From an uncultured bacterium (GTDB lineage: Bacteria > Krumholzibacteriota > Krumholzibacteriia > LZORAL124-64-63): a stretch of DNA of 64,000 nt. Within the stretch, counting starts at the first letter, position 1. The number at the start of each line of letters is the position of its first letter. The notes under the pieces were generated by a model. The model was not told the origin of the DNA and ran no database searches. It was given only the letters and a program-made list of their open reading frames with translations. Both the position numbers and the translations under genes were made by a program. The stretch spans positions 416,001 through 480,000 of the forward strand of contig CAVSGO010000005.1 in the NCBI GenBank assembly GCA_963727525.1, written 5' to 3'. Shown in pieces: positions 56,977 through 64,000 of this stretch.

Positions 56977-58839
56977 ATGACGGCGGCCGGCGGCGCGACG
57001 CTGCCGGCCGCCGTCGTTTTCCCGCGTATGGACCTTCAGTCCCGCGAATTCCGGCCGAAATGTGTCGACGACCACCCGTGGTCTCGACCCCAAACCCCGA
57101 GGACGGCCACCGTGCCCTGGACGCCGGTCACCGCGATCGACGAGGAACGCTCGCAGAGTCGAGCCAGGCTGGCGATCTGCCTGGTGTCCCTGCTCGGATT
57201 CTACATCATCGTCAAGTCGCACCACCTGGTCGACGGGCACACGACCATCGTCGGATTCGCGACCATCCTCGGCTACCTCACCTTCGCGCTCGCCTGGCAT
57301 GCGATCATCGCCCGGTTTCCGAATCGATGCCTGTGGCGTCGGTATGTCGGCATGTTCGCGGACCTCGGCATCATGGTGTACTGGATGCACCTGGGTGACG
57401 AGTACGTCACGTCGTACTACCCGATCTTCCTCTGGGTGATCATCGGCAACGGCATTCGGTTCGGGCCGCGCTACTTGAAGATGGGCATCGCGATGGGGAC
57501 CACGGGGTTCACCGTGCTCCTCGCCCGCGATTCGTACTGGGCGCAGAATCAGGCGCTGGGCGTGGGGTTGCTCATCGGCGTGATCGTGCTGCCGGTCTTC
57601 TTCCTGACCGTGCTGAAGCGTCTGCAGGCCGTGTCGCGCCTCGAGGTCGAGCTGGCGAAATCACGGCTGGCCGACAAGGCCAAGGATGAATTCCTGGCCA
57701 CGATGAGCCACGAGCTGCGCACGCCGATGAACGGCGTGCTCGGCATGGCCGAGCTGCTGAAGGACTCCGTCCTCGACCGGCAACAGCGCGAACAGGTCGA
57801 CGTCATCACCCGTTCGGTCGATTCGTTGCTGAACATCATCAATGACATCCTCGACTACTCGAAGATCTCTGCGAATCGGCTCACCCTCGAGGCGATCCCC
57901 TTCAACCTGGAGCGTGTGCTCGCCGACGTATACCGGCTGCTCGCGACGACGGCGGAAGCGCAGGGGATCTCGCTGCACTTCGAGTACCCGGACGTCGAGC
58001 TGCGCGGGTTCCTGGGCGATCCGACACGCGTGCGGCAGATCGCACTCAACCTGGTCGGCAATGCCATCAAGTTCACGCCCGCCGGAGGCGTGCGGCTCCG
58101 CTGCCGCGTGGTGCCCGACCGCAGCCGCGGCAACGTGATCATGGAGGTCGCCGACACGGGCATCGGGATACCCGCGAACCGGCACGAGGCGATCTTCGAC
58201 GTCTTCGAGCAAGTGGACAACTCGGTGACGCGCCAGCATGGCGGCTCCGGACTCGGACTCGCGATCAGCCAACAGCTCGCCCAGATGATGGGCGGCGAGA
58301 TCACGGTGCGTTCGGAAGTCGGCGCGGGTTCGACGTTCACGGTGAGCCTCTCGCTGCCGCCCGCCGAGATGCCGATGGCGAAATCGGAGCCGGCCACGCG
58401 CGACCTCCCCCGCTTCAAGCTGCGGGCCCTCGTCGTGGAGGACAACCCATTCAATCAGATGGTGACGAAGCAGACGCTGCTGAAGCTCGGCATCGCGTCC
58501 AAGGTGGCAGAGAACGGCGCCGTCGCGCTGGAGATGATCGATGCGGCCGACTATGACATCGTATTCATGGACATCCGGATGCCGGTGATGGATGGATACG
58601 AGGCGAGTCGCCGGATCCGCGCGCGCGGGGATGCCAGGGCCGGGATTCCCATCATCGCCATCACGGCCGAGGCGACGTCGCAGGCCCAGGAGCAATGCCT
58701 GGCCGCGGGCATGACCGACTACCTCGCGAAGCCGCTGCGGATGGACCGCATGGCCGCGGCCATCGCCGCCCGTTTCGAGCCCGTAGCCGAGGCCACGCCC
58801 CGCGAGGCGCACGATAGCGGGCAACCCGTGAACGTGTAG
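56977..58839 (+). CDS. rpfC: RpfC-like hybrid sensor kinase (TM sensor, HisKA, HATPase, REC; no HPt); start uncertain
   Basis: LWVIIGNGIRFGPRYL in the TM sensor, FLATMSHELRTPMNG, NAIKFT, FMDIRMPVMDG; adjacent to rpfF. Confidence 0.82.
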   Translation: MTAAGGATLPAAVVFPRMDLQSREFRPKCVDDHPWSRPQTPRTATVPWTPVTAIDEERSQSRARLAICLVSLLGFYIIVKSHHLVDGHTTIVGFATILGYLTFALAWHAIIARFPNRCLWRRYVGMFADLGIMVYWMHLGDEYVTSYYPIFLWVIIGNGIRFGPRYLKMGIAMGTTGFTVLLARDSYWAQNQALGVGLLIGVIVLPVFFLTVLKRLQAVSRLEVELAKSRLADKAKDEFLATMSHELRTPMNGVLGMAELLKDSVLDRQQREQVDVITRSVDSLLNIINDILDYSKISANRLTLEAIPFNLERVLADVYRLLATTAEAQGISLHFEYPDVELRGFLGDPTRVRQIALNLVGNAIKFTPAGGVRLRCRVVPDRSRGNVIMEVADTGIGIPANRHEAIFDVFEQVDNSVTRQHGGSGLGLAISQQLAQMMGGEITVRSEVGAGSTFTVSLSLPPAEMPMAKSEPATRDLPRFKLRALVVEDNPFNQMVTKQTLLKLGIASKVAENGAVALEMIDAADYDIVFMDIRMPVMDGYEASRRIRARGDARAGIPIIAITAEATSQAQEQCLAAGMTDYLAKPLRMDRMAAAIAARFEPVAEATPREAHDSGQPVNV

Positions 58840-58873
58840 CCGCCGCAGTAGCGATAGCATGAATAAGGTGGGT
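58839..58873. repeat. Solo end of the 9244-9434 element
   Basis: GCCGCCGCAGTAGCGATAGCATGAATAAGGTGGGT. Confidence 0.8.
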
Positions 58874-60838
<1,965 letters not shown>

Positions 60839-60848
60839 GGGCCGCCCC

Positions 60849-62129
60849 TCAATCGCGAACCGGCAGCACCGTACCGGCCACCTGCCCGAATCCAATGCGC
60901 ACACCGCGCCCCTCGCAGTGTCCGGCCATGATCACGCGATCGCCGTCCTGCAGGAAGCGGCGCTCGTTGCCGTCGGCAAGGCGCAGGGGCTCGGCACCGC
61001 GCCATGTCAATTCCAGCAGGCTGCCGAAGCTGCCCTTGTCCGGTCCGCTGATCGTGCCCGATGCCATCAGGTCGCCAGGCCGCACGTTGCAGCCGGTGAT
61101 CGTGTGGTGGGCGAGCTGCTGCTGCACGGTCCAGTAGAGGTACCTCGCATTGCTGCGGCAGATCGTCTGCGGCGCAACATCCGGAGCCTGCAGCGCCACC
61201 GTGAGCGCGATGTCGAAACCGGTGTTCGCCGGGGAGCGCAGGTACGGCAGCGGTTGCGGATCCTGCGCCGGCGGCGGACACCTGAAGGGCTGCAGGGCCT
61301 CCCAGGGCACGATCCAGGGCGAGATGGACGTGGCGAAATTCTTGGCGGTGAAAGGGCCGAGCGGCTGGTATTCCCACTTCTGGATGTCCCGCGCCGACCA
61401 GTCGTTCACCAGCACCATGCCGAAGATGGCGTCGTCCGCAGCGTCTGCCGGAATCGGTTCGCCCATCGCGTTGCCGGGGCCAGCCGTGAAGAACCCCAGC
61501 TCCAGCTCGAAGTCGAGCAGCCGGCAAGGGCCGAACGTGGGCGCCGTGGCATCGGCGGCGACCGTCTGCCCAAGCGGTCGGCGTACCGGCGTGCCATCGA
61601 CCACGATGGAACTCGCGCGGCCATGGTATCCCACCGGCAGGTGCAGCCAGTTGGGCATGAGCGCGTTGTCCTTGCCACGGAACATGATCCCAACGTTGGT
61701 CGCGTGCTCGCGCGACGAATAGAAATCGGTGTAGTCGCCGATGCGTGCGGGCAGGTGCATCGCGATGTCCGCGCAGGGCCAGAGCGCACGCTCGCACAGA
61801 CCGGTGTCACTGCGCAGCGCGGGGGTGCGCAGGTCGAGCAACTCGCTGATGCGGGCACGCGTGGCGCGCCGTACGCCGGCCGGCAGGGCCATGAATGCGT
61901 TGAGCGCATCTTGCGCGAAGACGCCGGCCGGTAGTTCCGCCACATCGAGCAGCCCCGCGTCCTGCAGCATGGCCAGGTCGAGCGCGTGGTCGCCGATGCG
62001 AACGCCGCATCGTGCGCCGCCACCGCTTCGCGGCGTGAAGACGCCCCACGGCAGGTTCTGGATCGGGAAGTCGGACCCGGCCGGCACCGGGACGAACGAG
62101 GCGAGATCGGGCGCAGTGGTCGCATCCAT
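60849..62129 (-). CDS. fahA: Fumarylacetoacetase
   Basis: DFPIQNLP, DYTDFYSSREHA, LDFELE, NDWSARDIQKWEY. Confidence 0.96.
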   Translation of the reverse strand: MDATTAPDLASFVPVPAGSDFPIQNLPWGVFTPRSGGGARCGVRIGDHALDLAMLQDAGLLDVAELPAGVFAQDALNAFMALPAGVRRATRARISELLDLRTPALRSDTGLCERALWPCADIAMHLPARIGDYTDFYSSREHATNVGIMFRGKDNALMPNWLHLPVGYHGRASSIVVDGTPVRRPLGQTVAADATAPTFGPCRLLDFELELGFFTAGPGNAMGEPIPADAADDAIFGMVLVNDWSARDIQKWEYQPLGPFTAKNFATSISPWIVPWEALQPFRCPPPAQDPQPLPYLRSPANTGFDIALTVALQAPDVAPQTICRSNARYLYWTVQQQLAHHTITGCNVRPGDLMASGTISGPDKGSFGSLLELTWRGAEPLRLADGNERRFLQDGDRVIMAGHCEGRGVRIGFGQVAGTVLPVRD

Positions 62130-62160
62130 CGGGTATCGCTCCTGGACAGTCGCTTGCAGG

Positions 62161-63102
62161 TCAGGTGTCGCCGCGGTCAAGCATACCGAGGTCGCGGAGA
62201 TCGTCGCGCGGCTCGATGAACGAGCAGCTACCGAATCCGGCGAAGCGGGTCCGGCGCCAGAGCTGGATCGCGTCGATCGGCACGACCTGATCGTGCCAGC
62301 GGAACCCCGCGGCGTCGAGGCCGAACGCCTGCGCCGCCGTCTCGGTGACGATCGGCACGAGCGCGTCGGCAGCCATATCGTGCGCCTGGGCCAGCAATCC
62401 GGCACCGACGACGTTGAGAAACCCGTGCATGGGCGCGTCGCCGACGTGCGCCATGCCGCGTACGGGGTGGTGGAGGCCGGCCGTGCATTTCAATGGTACA
62501 GACAGAGCGTGCGCCTGCGCCACGACATGGGCGACGCGCGCCACCGGCGGGATCGCCGCGGGCGTCACGCCACCGCAGCGGAGCTTGTAGCCGAGCCGCG
62601 GTCCATCATCGCCTCCGGGGTGCTCGGCGAGCACCTGGAGCAGCGCCCTGTCGGTGTCCGCGGTCGGCAATGAGGTCGGCGAAGACGCCACCGCCTCGCA
62701 CCAGAGCGCGCAGCGCCCGAGTCCGGCGTCGCTCACGCATGCGACAACGTCGCGCAGCGCGCGCCACGATCCGTCGCCAGCCTCGGCGACCTTCGTCTCG
62801 AGGGCCTCCACACGCACGTCCGGATGGCTGGCGACGAAGGCCGCGACAACCGGGATGTCGCCGGGTGCCGCAAGGACGGAGAGCCGCCAGGCGGCCTGAC
62901 CAGGCGGCGGCGACGTCAGCCACGGTTCCAGCTCCGCCAGCCGGGCAGCAGGGATGATGAAGCGGGCCAGCATGCCGGCCGCCGGATCGGCGCGGTGGTC
63001 GAGATAGGTGCCCACCGCCTGCGGCAGCGACAGGCTGGCGGGAGGAAAGAGTCCGGCGTAATCGATCAGATCGGCGAGGAGAGCGGCCTGAGCGGCGGTC
63101 AA
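62161..63102 (-). CDS. Uncharacterised protein in the homogentisate operon
   Basis: LIDYAGLFPPA, KLRCGG, KCTAGLHHP, HGFLN, FGSCSFIEP; TTG start 11 nt after the hmgA stop. Confidence 0.85.
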   Translation of the reverse strand: MTAAQAALLADLIDYAGLFPPASLSLPQAVGTYLDHRADPAAGMLARFIIPAARLAELEPWLTSPPPGQAAWRLSVLAAPGDIPVVAAFVASHPDVRVEALETKVAEAGDGSWRALRDVVACVSDAGLGRCALWCEAVASSPTSLPTADTDRALLQVLAEHPGGDDGPRLGYKLRCGGVTPAAIPPVARVAHVVAQAHALSVPLKCTAGLHHPVRGMAHVGDAPMHGFLNVVGAGLLAQAHDMAADALVPIVTETAAQAFGLDAAGFRWHDQVVPIDAIQLWRRTRFAGFGSCSFIEPRDDLRDLGMLDRGDT

Positions 63103-63113
63103 ATCGACGCCCC

Positions 63114-64000
63114 CTAGGTGAGCCACGACCGCGCGTAGTCGCGGTCCTCGCAGGCGAGGGCGTTCCGGCTGACGGCGAGCGGTGCGAAGGTGTCGACCAT
63201 GACGGCCAGCTCGTGCGTCTCCTTCTTTCCGATCGAGGCCTCCGTCTTGCCCGGTTGCGGGCCGTGCGGGAGGCCGTCGGGATGCAGGGTGATCGACCCG
63301 AACTCGATCCCCTTGCGGCTCATGAACTCGTCGTTGCAGTAGTAGAGCATCTCGTCGGACATCACGTTGGAGTGCGCATACGGCGCCGGGATGGAGTCCG
63401 GATGATAGTCGTACAGACGCGGCACGAACGAGCACAGCACCCAGCCGTCGCCGGCGAAGGTCTGGTGCACCGGCGGCGGCTGGTGCAGCCGGCCCGTGAT
63501 GGGCTCGAAGTCGTGGATGCTCAGCGCCCAGGGGAAGTAGTAGCCGTCCCACCCCACCGTGTCGAACGGATGGTGGTCGAGGACCACCTGATGCAGCAGG
63601 TTCTGCTTCTTGACCAGGATGGGGAACTCGCCCTTCTCGTCGTGCGTGACGAGACGGCTGGGCGGCCGAATGTCGCGCTCGCAGAACGGGCTGTGTTCCA
63701 GGAGCTGCCCGTGGTCGTTGCGATACCGCTGTGGCGTGCGCACGTAGCCGCGGCTCTCCACGATGAAGAAGATACGCTCGGCGTCGCCCTCGAGTCGCCA
63801 GCGGTGGATGATACCGCGCGGGATCACGACGTAGTCGCCCTCGCGAACATCAAGCTCCCCGAACTGCGATTCCAGCACCCCGTCGCCGGCGGTGACGTAG
63901 ACGATCTCGTCGCCCTGCGCGTTGCGGTAATACGGCGTCTGCGGTCCGCGCGGCCGCGCCAGCGACATGGCGATGTCATGATTGAAGAGCAGGGGCACAC
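63114..64000 (-). CDS. hmgA: Homogentisate 1,2-dioxygenase (5' part outside the window)
   Basis: HPFDTVGWDG, HQPPPVH, PYAHSN, TLHPDGLPHGP, ELAVMVDT. Confidence 0.95.
   Translation of the reverse strand, partial: VPLLFNHDIAMSLARPRGPQTPYYRNAQGDEIVYVTAGDGVLESQFGELDVREGDYVVIPRGIIHRWRLEGDAERIFFIVESRGYVRTPQRYRNDHGQLLEHSPFCERDIRPPSRLVTHDEKGEFPILVKKQNLLHQVVLDHHPFDTVGWDGYYFPWALSIHDFEPITGRLHQPPPVHQTFAGDGWVLCSFVPRLYDYHPDSIPAPYAHSNVMSDEMLYYCNDEFMSRKGIEFGSITLHPDGLPHGPQPGKTEASIGKKETHELAVMVDTFAPLAVSRNALACEDRDYARSWLT

Overview
High-GC bacterial window. Secreted proteins ending in a 'PNPFNPRTTI...WDGxDxxG...SGxYxxRL' FlgD-Ig-like tail suggest a Krumholzibacteriota/Latescibacterota-like organism (inference). 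The left part (~5.4-36.6 kb) is a plasticity zone. It holds intact accessory genes (Cu-ATPase, Cache protein + chemoreceptor, FIST/NosP + kinase, desaturase, Liv-type ABC) mixed with decayed genes (fliC, cydAB, Ser/Thr kinase, DUF302, DUF4143 ATPase, FlgD tail), IS91-like remnants and a ~190 bp MITE-like palindrome. The right part is intact: heme oxygenase, GGT, M16 peptidase pair, ABC exporter, CPA-EIIA antiporter, an RpfF/RpfC-like DSF module and a homogentisate operon. Most notable: (1) a DSF-type synthase/sensor pair whose promoter fits sigma-28, as do the promoters of fliC, Cache-MCP and FIST-kinase; (2) an uncharacterised gene between hmgA and fahA, where the maleylacetoacetate isomerase is expected; (3) ECF sigma-W-like promoters and candidate structured RNAs/repeats. 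All calls come from reading motifs by eye; no searches were run.
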